A program made the translations under genes and the position numbers. Below, one piece after another: positions 49,800 through 60,300 of a stretch of DNA of 64,000 nucleotides. The DNA comes from Balanoglossus misakiensis (Eukaryota > Animalia > Hemichordata), in assembly GCA_040954595.2 (NCBI GenBank), contig CM082590.2, positions 6,510,001 through 6,574,000 of the forward strand. The letters are read 5' to 3'. Every line of letters begins with the position of its first letter. Position 1 is the stretch's first letter. The notes under the pieces are model-generated. The model was not told the DNA's origin, ran no database searches, and worked only from the letters and a program-made list of their open reading frames with translations.

Positions 49800-52700
49800 A
49801 TGCCACGCAGTAGATACTGGAGGAAGAAGAGGAGTCAGAAGAATGAAGATACTGTTGTGTCTGAGGATCCTGTCCTCTTGAAAAACAGGATAGCTATAGA
49901 GCACAAAGAGGGGCCTGCCCTCTCTAAAAACAGGAATAGAAATGAATACAAAGAGGGGCCTGCCCTCTCTAAAAACAGGAATAGAAATGAATTCAAAGAG
50001 GGGCCTGCCCTCTCTAAAAACAGGAATAGAAATGAATACAAAGAGGGGCCTGCCCTCTCTAAAAACAGGAATAGAAATGAATACAAAGAGGGGCCTGCCC
50101 TCTCTAAAAACAGGAATAGAAATGAATTCAAAGAGGGGCCTGCCCTCTCTAAAAACAGGAATATGGATAAAATCAGAAAAAGTGACAGAGAAAATGAAAG
50201 TACAAAAGTCAACAATGAGATATTTGAGACTGAAAATCAAAGTGTTGATAAGACTGAAGGAAGTAATGAAATTCTGCAAGAACATAGTCTTGACAATGAT
50301 TCATCGGATGACCTATATATTGGTAGTGGAACAGGGGACAGCGTATATTCATTCTCTCCACTAACTTTTGATGTATGTGAACAGCTGTGTTGCAAATTTG
50401 ACATTGTAGATAAAAATAATATTGATATTTTCAATAAACTTGGAAGTGTAACAATTGGAGACCCATGTAATTACAAGTCAATTATTGGTGATGGGAACTG
50501 TTTTTTTAGGTCCTTGTCATATTGTATAAGTGGGACTGAGCGAAATCACGGAGTTATTCGAACGGCCATTGTGAATCACTTGAAAGCCAATGAGGAAGTA
50601 TATTCAGGCTGGGTACGGTTAGATGGATATACATCAGTTGCTGATTACATTGCAAAGTCCAGAATGGATCATCTCGGAACATGGGCTACAGAAACTGAAA
50701 TCCTTGCCACTACAAATCTCTTCAATGTAAATATTTTCGTGTACAGTTTCGATAGTTGGTGGAAACATTCATGTAATATAATCAATAAAAACAATGTTGA
50801 TAGAGGTGTTGGTATATACCTGAACCATCGCAATAGAAACCATTATGAAGTAGTTGAGTGTGTGAAGACACCACAGTTGGAAAACTGTCATTGTACACAC
50901 ATTGATTGCAATGAAGTTGTCCCTATTGAAAATGTAACTGGAGAATGCATGGGTGTGACAGACAATGAGTGTTCAAAACAAATTGGTTTGAAAAAAGAGT
51001 TCCATTTGGATGACGTTTTTGCAACACAGTGTTTCGCACCAGTACGAAATAAGAAACGCGGTAGAGCCATTGGTGAACGGTTGAAAAAGAAACTCAGGCG
51101 TGAAAAGTATGAAAGTGAAAGAGGTAAATTGAATGAATTAAATGTACCCAGTAGTCTGAAGAGCTCTAAAGCATCTAAACAATATGAACGCTATCAGACT
51201 AATTCTGAATATAGAGACAACATAAAATCGGATAGTAGAAAGAGATATCATGAAGATGTACTGTATAGAGAGAACAAAAAACGTAGACTTGCAGGAAGAT
51301 ATGATCATGACCTAGTATATCGTGAAGTACAGAAAACTGTATGTGCAGAACAATGTTTGGCAAAATATGAAAAAGTTCCACTATACAGAGAGCACAAGAA
51401 GAGTGAGAGTGCAGCACAATGTGTTGACAAGTACAAAAAAGATCAGACATTCCGAGAACAAAAGAAGAGACAGAGTGCAGAACAATGTGTTGACAAGTAC
51501 AAAAAAGATCAGACATTCCGAGAACAAAAGAAGAGACAGAATGCAGCACTATGTGTTGACAAGTACAAAAAAGATCAGACTTTCCGAGAACAAAAGAAGA
51601 GACAATGTGTTGACAAGTACAAAAAAGATCAGACATTCCGAGAACAAAAGAAGAGACAGAGTGCAGCACAATGTGTTGACAAGTACAAAAAAGATCAGAC
51701 ATTCCGAGAACAAAAGAAGAGACAGAGTGCAGCACAATGTGTTCATAAGTACAAAAAAGATCTGGAGTTTCGAGAACAAAAGAAGAGACAGACTGCAGCA
51801 GTATTTGCTGACAAGTTCCAAAACGATCAGAAGTTCCGAGAACACAAAAAAAGTCAGAATGCAGCACAATTTCTTGACAAGTATAACAGAGATGAAGAGT
51901 TTCAAAACTGGACCAAAAAAAAATGTTTGGAACGTTACCAACAGGATCACGTTTATAAACAAACTGTACTGCAGAGAAGACGTACTGAGAGGAAAGTGAC
52001 AAAGATTGAAAAGGGAAATATAGAGCGTGTTATAATTGATTTCCGGAATCAGATTTCAGTTGGGCCAAATTGTGTATGTTCAGTTTGTCACCGGCGACTT
52101 TTTAGAAAACAGGTAATTGTTTGTAAGATGGATAACTATGTCTCTAAGGGAGGTCTCTGTGAAATGAATGCCAACAAATGCATAACACAAGAGTATGTAC
52201 ACAACTGTAGTGAATTATGTATTGTTGATTGTCCCCTTAAGAGCAGTGCAGCCAGTAAATTATGGATTTGTCACACATGTCATAGCAAACTCTTGCGTGC
52301 AGAGATGCCTGTTCAAGCTGCTGCAAACAATCTTGATGTCAAACCAATCCCTGATGAATTAAAATGTCTGAATTCTTTAGAGCAACATTTAATTGCACTG
52401 CATATTCCTTTCATGAAAATGATGGCTCTGCCAAGAGGTGGACAAAATGGTGTTCACGGACCTGTTGTGTGTGTCCCGTCTAATATAGAAAAGGCCACAA
52501 GTATTTTGCCTAGAGGTGAATTGGAGGACCAGATGATAAAGGTGAAATTGAAGCGGAAATTAAGTTATAAAGGTTGTTATCAGTATCAATTTGTAAACAA
52601 AGGACACATTCAAAATGCACTGGAATACCTACAGAAAAATAACAAGTGGTATAATGATGTCAAATTCAATCTCACTTGGGAAAATACTCTTGAAAAGACT

Positions 52701-55700
52701 GAAGAAAAATCTAATGGTGAAAGTAATGAAAACACTGAGGAAAAATTGTTAGATACTGAAGGCAATGATGTAGCATCAGACACAGAAAATGGAAATGAGC
52801 CTGATGGAGATACTAATGGAATATTCATGGACACATGCTTTCAACCAGTTGACATTGGTCAGGATATTCTTGATTATCACTTTGATGATATCGCTTGTGT
52901 TGCTCCTGGCGAGGATAATAAACCTGTTAGAGTGTTGATGGAGAAGTTCAATGAAGCTAAGTGCTTTCCTGTGATATTCCCAACTGGATCACCAACATTT
53001 CACGATGATCGAGAGGTTAAGATAACAATAGGACGATACCTGCAGAGTCGCCTCATGAATGCAAGTAACAGGTTTGCAAAAAGCACAGACTACATATTTT
53101 ATGCACAATATCGTTCAGAACTTGACCAGGTTGTATCAAATGTTTCAATCGCTTTGAGAAAAGGAACTGCCAACGCTTGTGGCAAAAAGGTGACATCTGA
53201 TGTTCTGACTGATGGGGATTCTTTGAGAGAGATATTGAAGTGTGATGAAGGCTACAAGTTTCTAAAACCAGTACGAGGAACTCCTCCTTATTGGCAAGCT
53301 ACACAGAAAGATATTTTTGCAATGATCAGACAGTTAGGTATACCGACATGGTTCTGTTCATTTTCTGCTGCTGACTTAAGATGGAAAGAAGTAATTGAGA
53401 CTATCCTACGTGAAGAAGGTGATACACGTAATGCTGAGGATCTCGATTGGTGTGAGAAATGTGGTATCCTGAGACGAAATCCTGTAACAGCAGCAAGAAT
53501 GTTTGATCATAGATTCCATTGTTTCTTGAATGAGGTAATAATGTCACCAGCTAGTCCTATTGGGAAGATCAAAGATTATTTTTATCGAGTTGAGTTTCAG
53601 CAGCGTGGATCACCACACACTCACTGTTTGTTTTGGGTTGAAAATGCACCAAAAGTGGACAAAGATTCTGATGAGGATGTTGTTGAGTTTGTTGACAGAT
53701 ATGTAACATGTGAAATGCCTTCTATAGAGGAGGATGAGGTACTGCATGAGATTGTGAAAACAGTCCAGAAACACAGCTCAAGGCATTCAAAATCTTGCAA
53801 GAAAAAGGGTACTACATGTCGATTCAACTTCCCCCGACCTCCTTCAAACAAAACCTTTATATGCCACCCATCTGTCAGCATAGATACCGGAATAGAGGTA
53901 ACAGATGACGATCAGTGTAAGGATGATCAAATGTCTACATCGCTGGAGAGTGAATTTGAAAATAGTTTGCTTGAGTTGGATGATACAGTATTGGTTCAGA
54001 AGAAGGCTAGACAAATTTTAGAACGAGTGTGGACATGCCTGTGTGATAAAGAGAAACAAATTGATACTATTGATGATTTGTTCAATGCAGTTGGCATATC
54101 TCAGGAGATGTTTGAACAAGCAAATGCAATTTTGGCAAAGAAGACAAGTGTAGTTCTAAAACGTGAGCCAAGTGATGTTTGGGTGAACCAATATAATACC
54201 AACCTTCTCCGTTGCTGGAATGCAAACATGGACATTCAGTTTGTGGTGGATGCTTATGCCTGTGTTGTGTACATTGTGTCATACATCTCTAAGGCCGAAA
54301 GAGAAATGGGTTTACTCTTGGAACATGCACAGAAAGAGGCTAACAAAGAAGGAAATATGGATGCAAAGTCTGCCATGAAAGAGTTAGGTGGTGTATATCT
54401 GCACAACAGGGAAATAAGTGCCCAGGAAGCTGTTTATAGGGTATGTGGTTTGAAACTGAAACAATCATCACGAAAAGTTCAGTTTATTCCAACAGGAGAA
54501 AATCAAATTAAAATGAGTCTGCCATTAGCTGCAATTCAGAAGAAAATGAAAGGTGGTGATTTAGATGAGGAAGAGATATGGATGAATAGCATTGTAGACA
54601 GGTACAAGAACAGACCAAATGGGGTAGATTTTGACAACATGTGTCTTGCAAAATTTTGTTCTGAATACAGAGTGGTTTCAAAATCAGAAATGAAAAATGT
54701 GAGTAATGAAAAACGCCACAGTCCAATAGTGAAGTTGAAAAATGATGTTGGTTACATGCAGAAAAGATCTATAAGTGATGGTGCTGTTGTTAGATATGCT
54801 AGATTTTCTGTTACCAAATGTCCAGAAAAGCACTATGGCAGTATATTACAACTGTTTCTCCCATATCGTACGGAATCACAACTGAAACCTAGTGGATTTG
54901 AATCGTTTGAGGATTTTTATTGTCTTGGTGCAGTGAAATGTGGCACTGCTTCTTTAGAAAAGGTTAAAATGATTGTAGATGCCAATAAAGCATTATTTGA
55001 AACAGAGGCTGATGCTATTGATGCAGCTGGACAATTTCTTGATGAGAATGGCCATCTTGAAGATGCATGGGCTCAAATATGTCCAGAAAATGAATTAGAA
55101 CGATTGGAATGCATTGAAGAAGGTAAAAAGTGCTGTGATGATGATCCAGTGGATGACAGTGATATTCCGGACTTGGTAAAAAAACCTAAAGGTGATGATT
55201 GCCATGTAGAACTTTCAAATTCAATGAAGAAATATGAGGTTGAAGCAATGTGTAGATCTTTGAACAAGAAACAAGCAGAAGTGTTTTACACTGTCAGGAA
55301 GTGGTGTTTGGACAAAAGCAATGGCAAGAATCCAGAACCCTTTTATTTGTTTGTCACTGGTGGTGCTGGTACTGGAAAAAGTCACTTAATCAAAAGCATA
55401 TATCATGAAGCCAAACGAATTCTAGCTCGTGCAATGCCAGATGTTGATGGAATTTCAATTGCTTTAACTGCACCAACAGGAGTAGCAGCGTTTAATATAC
55501 AAGGAACAACTCTCCATCATATATTCTCCATAGCTGTTGACTCAAAGCTGCCATATCAGCCACTGCGTGAAGAAAAGCTCAATACTCTTCGTTGCAAGTT
55601 TGGTAACCTTCAAATTTTGATAATAGATGAGATTTCTATGGTAGACAAAAAGTTACTGTACTATGTTCATGGAAGACTGCGACAAATCAAACAGTCATCG

Positions 55701-57341
55701 GCTGAGTCACCATTTGGGAATGTGTGTGTTATTGCTGTGGGTGATTTTTATCAACTCCCGCCTGTGAAAGCAAGTCCACTGTGTATAGACCGTGAATCCG
55801 TCAATCTGTGGAATGACAATTTCAGTATGGTAGAATTAACTGAAATAATGAGACAGAAAGACTGTGCATTTGCAGAGGCATTAAATCGAGTAAGAGTTCA
55901 CAAAAAGGGGGACACACTAAATGCTGGTGATGTGGCAATGTTACAAAAGTGTGTTACTGGTGAAACATCTGAGGCAATGCATGTTTTTGCTACAAATGCA
56001 GAGGTTAATAGCTGTAATGTTGAAATGCTTCATTCTCAATGTTCTGATCCTGTGTGTATTGAAGCAGAAGATTTTAGCAGAAATCCTAAAAGTGGACGAC
56101 TAGAAAAAAAGGAAGGTCACCATGTCAAAGTGTTCAGGACAACTTTGCCAAAGACTCTTACTCTAGCTGTTGGTGCACGAGTCCAATTGACGCATAACAT
56201 TGATGTGGCTGATGGTTTGGTGAATGGCGTTTTTGGGACAGTATGTCACATTGCAGTAAAACCAAATGAAAAATTCCCAGCTGCCATTTATGTTGTATTT
56301 GATAATGAGAAAGTTGGCCAAGGATTGCGTAAAAAGAAGCCTATAACTATATCTGACCTTCCAGTAAACAGTACCCCTATAGAACCTCAGGAAATGTCTG
56401 TTGCAAGTAATGGTGGTATTAGGAGGCAGTTTCCTTTAAAACTAGCTTGGGCATGTACAGTGCATAAGGTACAGGGATTGACAGTTGATAAAGCTGTTGT
56501 CAGTTTAAAGAAGATGTTTGCACCAGGACAGGCATATGTGGCATTGAGTCGGGTGACAACATTAGATGGTCTCATTATTAATGACTTTAACAAATCATCC
56601 ATATATTGCAATGAAAAGGTCCAAGAAGCCCTGGAAACAATGCCAAAATTTCTCCCCAAGTGTACTCAGAAAGAACACAGTAATTATACATGCTCATTTG
56701 TATTGCATAATGTGGAGGGACTTGTCAATCACATTAAAGATATTTGCAATGACAGTGAATATTTGGAAGCAGACTTCATTTGTTTGACGGAAACTTGGTT
56801 ATCTGAAAAAGGAACACATTGTAATTTGCAATTGAGCGGATTTGAATTCAATCACCAACCACGATCTCAATCCTACAATCAATTTGATAGAAATACATCA
56901 AGTCTACAGTTGCAACAGCGGGGTGGTGTTGGAGTCTATAGCAAACTATGTAATGATTTTGAAATTTTGCATTTGGGTGTGTGTAATTTGGAATGTATTT
57001 CATTTTATGTCACTAAAATCAATGTTACAGTAGCTGTAGTTTATAGACCACCATCATACAAAGCAGAGGTATTCAAAAAAAGTTTGGTTTGTTTGGTGAA
57101 AGCAATGGAAAAATACCCAGGAGGAAAACTGATCATGGGTGATTTCAATGAAGATATCTTGTCCCGGTCATCACTTGTAAAGTTCATGGAAGATCATGGT
57201 TTCAGACAATTTGTTAGCGAACCAACTACAGAAGCTAATACATTGATTGATCATGTGTATGTGAAAGGAATAAAATATGTGACAGTAAATGTGGTACCAA
57301 AATACTTCAGCTTTCATGAAGCAATAAGCATCAAAATATAA
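49800..57341 (+). CDS. Helentron RepHel transposase, 2513 aa: OTU protease, Cys/His-rich region, HUH Rep, PIF1-like SF1 helicase, APE-type endonuclease
   Basis: OTU: GDGNCFFRSLS...WATETEI...HYEVV. Zn-like: CSVCHR...CHTCH. Rep: VEFQQRGSPHTH and YIVSYISKAE. Helicase: GGAGTGKS, IIDEISMV, GDFYQLPPV, TVHKVQGLT, GQAYVALSR. APE: NVEGL, LTETWL, YRPP, GDFNED, IDHVY. ATG at 49800 directly follows the acceptor TTGTTCCAG. Confidence 0.95.
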   Translation: MPRSRYWRKKRSQKNEDTVVSEDPVLLKNRIAIEHKEGPALSKNRNRNEYKEGPALSKNRNRNEFKEGPALSKNRNRNEYKEGPALSKNRNRNEYKEGPALSKNRNRNEFKEGPALSKNRNMDKIRKSDRENESTKVNNEIFETENQSVDKTEGSNEILQEHSLDNDSSDDLYIGSGTGDSVYSFSPLTFDVCEQLCCKFDIVDKNNIDIFNKLGSVTIGDPCNYKSIIGDGNCFFRSLSYCISGTERNHGVIRTAIVNHLKANEEVYSGWVRLDGYTSVADYIAKSRMDHLGTWATETEILATTNLFNVNIFVYSFDSWWKHSCNIINKNNVDRGVGIYLNHRNRNHYEVVECVKTPQLENCHCTHIDCNEVVPIENVTGECMGVTDNECSKQIGLKKEFHLDDVFATQCFAPVRNKKRGRAIGERLKKKLRREKYESERGKLNELNVPSSLKSSKASKQYERYQTNSEYRDNIKSDSRKRYHEDVLYRENKKRRLAGRYDHDLVYREVQKTVCAEQCLAKYEKVPLYREHKKSESAAQCVDKYKKDQTFREQKKRQSAEQCVDKYKKDQTFREQKKRQNAALCVDKYKKDQTFREQKKRQCVDKYKKDQTFREQKKRQSAAQCVDKYKKDQTFREQKKRQSAAQCVHKYKKDLEFREQKKRQTAAVFADKFQNDQKFREHKKSQNAAQFLDKYNRDEEFQNWTKKKCLERYQQDHVYKQTVLQRRRTERKVTKIEKGNIERVIIDFRNQISVGPNCVCSVCHRRLFRKQVIVCKMDNYVSKGGLCEMNANKCITQEYVHNCSELCIVDCPLKSSAASKLWICHTCHSKLLRAEMPVQAAANNLDVKPIPDELKCLNSLEQHLIALHIPFMKMMALPRGGQNGVHGPVVCVPSNIEKATSILPRGELEDQMIKVKLKRKLSYKGCYQYQFVNKGHIQNALEYLQKNNKWYNDVKFNLTWENTLEKTEEKSNGESNENTEEKLLDTEGNDVASDTENGNEPDGDTNGIFMDTCFQPVDIGQDILDYHFDDIACVAPGEDNKPVRVLMEKFNEAKCFPVIFPTGSPTFHDDREVKITIGRYLQSRLMNASNRFAKSTDYIFYAQYRSELDQVVSNVSIALRKGTANACGKKVTSDVLTDGDSLREILKCDEGYKFLKPVRGTPPYWQATQKDIFAMIRQLGIPTWFCSFSAADLRWKEVIETILREEGDTRNAEDLDWCEKCGILRRNPVTAARMFDHRFHCFLNEVIMSPASPIGKIKDYFYRVEFQQRGSPHTHCLFWVENAPKVDKDSDEDVVEFVDRYVTCEMPSIEEDEVLHEIVKTVQKHSSRHSKSCKKKGTTCRFNFPRPPSNKTFICHPSVSIDTGIEVTDDDQCKDDQMSTSLESEFENSLLELDDTVLVQKKARQILERVWTCLCDKEKQIDTIDDLFNAVGISQEMFEQANAILAKKTSVVLKREPSDVWVNQYNTNLLRCWNANMDIQFVVDAYACVVYIVSYISKAEREMGLLLEHAQKEANKEGNMDAKSAMKELGGVYLHNREISAQEAVYRVCGLKLKQSSRKVQFIPTGENQIKMSLPLAAIQKKMKGGDLDEEEIWMNSIVDRYKNRPNGVDFDNMCLAKFCSEYRVVSKSEMKNVSNEKRHSPIVKLKNDVGYMQKRSISDGAVVRYARFSVTKCPEKHYGSILQLFLPYRTESQLKPSGFESFEDFYCLGAVKCGTASLEKVKMIVDANKALFETEADAIDAAGQFLDENGHLEDAWAQICPENELERLECIEEGKKCCDDDPVDDSDIPDLVKKPKGDDCHVELSNSMKKYEVEAMCRSLNKKQAEVFYTVRKWCLDKSNGKNPEPFYLFVTGGAGTGKSHLIKSIYHEAKRILARAMPDVDGISIALTAPTGVAAFNIQGTTLHHIFSIAVDSKLPYQPLREEKLNTLRCKFGNLQILIIDEISMVDKKLLYYVHGRLRQIKQSSAESPFGNVCVIAVGDFYQLPPVKASPLCIDRESVNLWNDNFSMVELTEIMRQKDCAFAEALNRVRVHKKGDTLNAGDVAMLQKCVTGETSEAMHVFATNAEVNSCNVEMLHSQCSDPVCIEAEDFSRNPKSGRLEKKEGHHVKVFRTTLPKTLTLAVGARVQLTHNIDVADGLVNGVFGTVCHIAVKPNEKFPAAIYVVFDNEKVGQGLRKKKPITISDLPVNSTPIEPQEMSVASNGGIRRQFPLKLAWACTVHKVQGLTVDKAVVSLKKMFAPGQAYVALSRVTTLDGLIINDFNKSSIYCNEKVQEALETMPKFLPKCTQKEHSNYTCSFVLHNVEGLVNHIKDICNDSEYLEADFICLTETWLSEKGTHCNLQLSGFEFNHQPRSQSYNQFDRNTSSLQLQQRGGVGVYSKLCNDFEILHLGVCNLECISFYVTKINVTVAVVYRPPSYKAEVFKKSLVCLVKAMEKYPGGKLIMGDFNEDILSRSSLVKFMEDHGFRQFVSEPTTEANTLIDHVYVKGIKYVTVNVVPKYFSFHEAISIKI

Positions 57342-60300
57342 TTATTTAGACTTGTGTTTTGAAATAAAATCAGTGTGATTAGAAAAATAAAGATATAACC
57401 CACCGCGAGGAATAACCTTATTCAGGTACATGATTCAATAACGGCCTTTGTTACGGAAAAGCTGAGTGATGGTACCAGACCTTGTTGCTTCACCAGGGCA
57501 AAGTGTGTGCTTCTGGTGGTAGGACATGACCGGGCAAGTGATCTGATTTGGCGGGCGACTTGTGCTTGTCGCTGCGCTCCTTGCCTGGTCATACTGCCAG
57601 TAGCACACTATAGTGCACAGCGATGAGGTCTGGGAGTGAGACTAGATAAAAACAAAACTACCCAGCAAGAGGTTAAATGTTCTTATACTGGCTCCTATGT
57701 TAAATCAATTCAAATACTTAATTGTCAACAATAGCTGTGAAACTTGTCTTCATGAGGCTCATCAATCAGTTATAAATTCAGGATAAATGACATTTTGATA
57801 ACAATGTATATACACAAATAAGACAACATGATGAAAAGCATATCTGCAGCACTGGATAAAACTAAAAAAGGATGAAACTTGAATTTAAAATAGATATAGC
57901 TGTTGGCAAAAGTATTTTCCAAAGGAATTGTTTCCTGTTAAATTGATCTCTGTAGCATGTCCATAATTGGAGATTTTAAAAGAATTTTTAAAGTGGGTAG
58001 TCGGGATCTGTAGCAATAGTGTGTGCATGTCGTTCAACTGCCTTATGATATAATCTGAGAAAGCTGACATCATCATTTTACATAACATGTATTTACCTTA
58101 CCGCAAAATAATATTGACCACCAGATTGCTTTTGATAAGGTTACGATAAGGTAGCGATACACCAACTGCAAATAATTTGAAGCAAATTAACTACAGAAGC
58201 TAATAAATTGATTGATCTTGTGTCTGAGAAAGGAATAGAAAGTGTGACGGTAAATGTTGTACCAAAATACTTTAGCTTTCATGAAGCAATAAGGATCAAA
58301 ATATTAATTTAGAGTTGTGTTTTGAAATAACATAAGTGTTATTAGAAAAATAAAGATATAACCCATCACGAGGAAAAACCTCATTCACGTACATGATTTA
58401 ATAATGGCCTTTGTTACGGAAAAGCTGAGTGATGGTACCAGACCTTGTTGCTTCACCAGGGCAAAGTGTGTGCTTCTGGTGGTAGGACATGACCGGGCAA
58501 GTGATCTGATTTGGCGGGCGACTTGTGCTTGTCGCTGCGCTCCTTGCCTGGTCATACTGCCAGTAGCACACTATAGTGCACAGCGATGAGGTCTGGGAGT
58601 GAGACTAGATAAAAACAAAACTACCCAGCAAGAGGTTAAATGTTCTTATACTGGCTCCTATGTTAAATCAATTCAAATACTTAATTGTCAACAATAGCTG
58701 TGAAACTTGTCTTCATGAGGCTCATCAATCAGTTATAAATTCAGGATAAATGACATTTTGATAACAATGTATATACACAAATAAGACAACATGATGAAAA
58801 GCACATCTGCAGCACTGGATAAAACTAAAAAAGGATGAAACTTGAATTTAAAATAGATATAGCTGTTGGGAAAAGTATTTTCCAAAGGAATTGTTTCCTG
58901 TTAAATTGATCTCTGTAGCATGTCCATAATTGGAGATTTTAAAAGAATTTTTAAAGTGGGTAGTCGGGATCTGTAGCAATAGTGTGTGCATGTCGTTCAA
59001 CTGCCTTATGATATAATCTGAGAAAGCTGACATCATCATTTTACATAACATGTATTTACCTTACCGCAAAATAATATTGACCACCAGATTGCTTTTGATA
59101 AGGTTACGATAAGGTAGCGATACACCAACTGCAAATAATTTGAAGCAAATTAACTACAGAAGCTAATAAATTGATTGATCTTGTGTCTGAGAAAGGAATA
59201 GAAAGTGTGACGGTAAATGTTGTACCAAAATACTTTAGCTTTCATGAAGCAATAAGGATCAAAATATTAATTTAGAGTTGTGTTTTGAAATAACATAAGT
59301 GTTATTAGAAAAATAAAGATATAACCCATCACGAGGAAAAACCTCATTCACGTACATGATTTAATAATGGCCTTTGTTACGGAAAAGCTGAGTGATGGTA
59401 CCAGACCTTGTTGCTTCACCAGGGCAAAGTGTGTGCTTCTGGTGGTAGGACATGACCGGGCAAGTGATCTGATTTGGCGGGCGACTTGTGCTTGTCGCTG
59501 CGCTCCTTGCCTGGTCATACTGCCAGTAGCACACTATAGTGCACAGCGATGAGGTCTGGGAGTGAGACTAGATAAAAACAAAACTACCCAGCAAGAGGTT
59601 AAATGTTCTTATACTGGCTCCTATGTTAAATCAATTCAAATACTTAATTGTCAACAATAGCTGTGAAACTTGTCTTCATGAGGCTCATCAATCAGTTATA
59701 AATTCAGGATAAATGACATTTTGATAACAATGTATATACACAAATAAGACAACATGATGAAAAGCACATCTGCAGCACTGGATAAAACTAAAAAAGGATG
59801 AAACTTGAATTTAAAATAGATATAGCTGTTGGCAAAAGTATTTTCCAAAGGAATTGTTTCCTGTTAAATTGATCTCTGTAGCATGTCCATAATTGGAGAT
59901 TTTAAAAGAATTTTTAAAGTGGGTAGTCGGGATCTGTAGCAATAGTGTGTGCATGTCGTTCAACTGCCTTATGATATAATCTGAGAAAGCTGACATCATC
60001 ATTTTACATAACATGTATTTACCTTACCGCAAAATAATATTGACCACCAGATTGCTTTTGATAAGGTTACGATAAGGTAGCGATACACCAACTGCAAATA
60101 ATTTGAAGCAAATTAACTACAGAAGCTAATAAATTGATTGATCTTGTGTCTGAGAAAGGAATAGAAAGTGTGACGGTAAATGTTGTACCAAAATACTTTA
60201 GCTTTCATGAAGCAATAAGGATCAAAATATTAATTTAGAGTTGTGTTTTGAAATAACATAAGTGTTATTAGAAAAATAAAGATATAACCCATCACGAGAA

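Noticed and set aside
49773-52002. Antisense and alternate-frame repetitive ORFs (170, 126, 140, 267, 225, 137 aa)
   Set aside because: They are shadows of the in-frame 45-bp and 66-bp repeats of the RepHel ORF.
56700-57341. APE endonuclease as evidence of a LINE insertion
   Set aside because: It is fused in frame to the helicase C-terminus with no RT downstream, which is the normal Helentron architecture.
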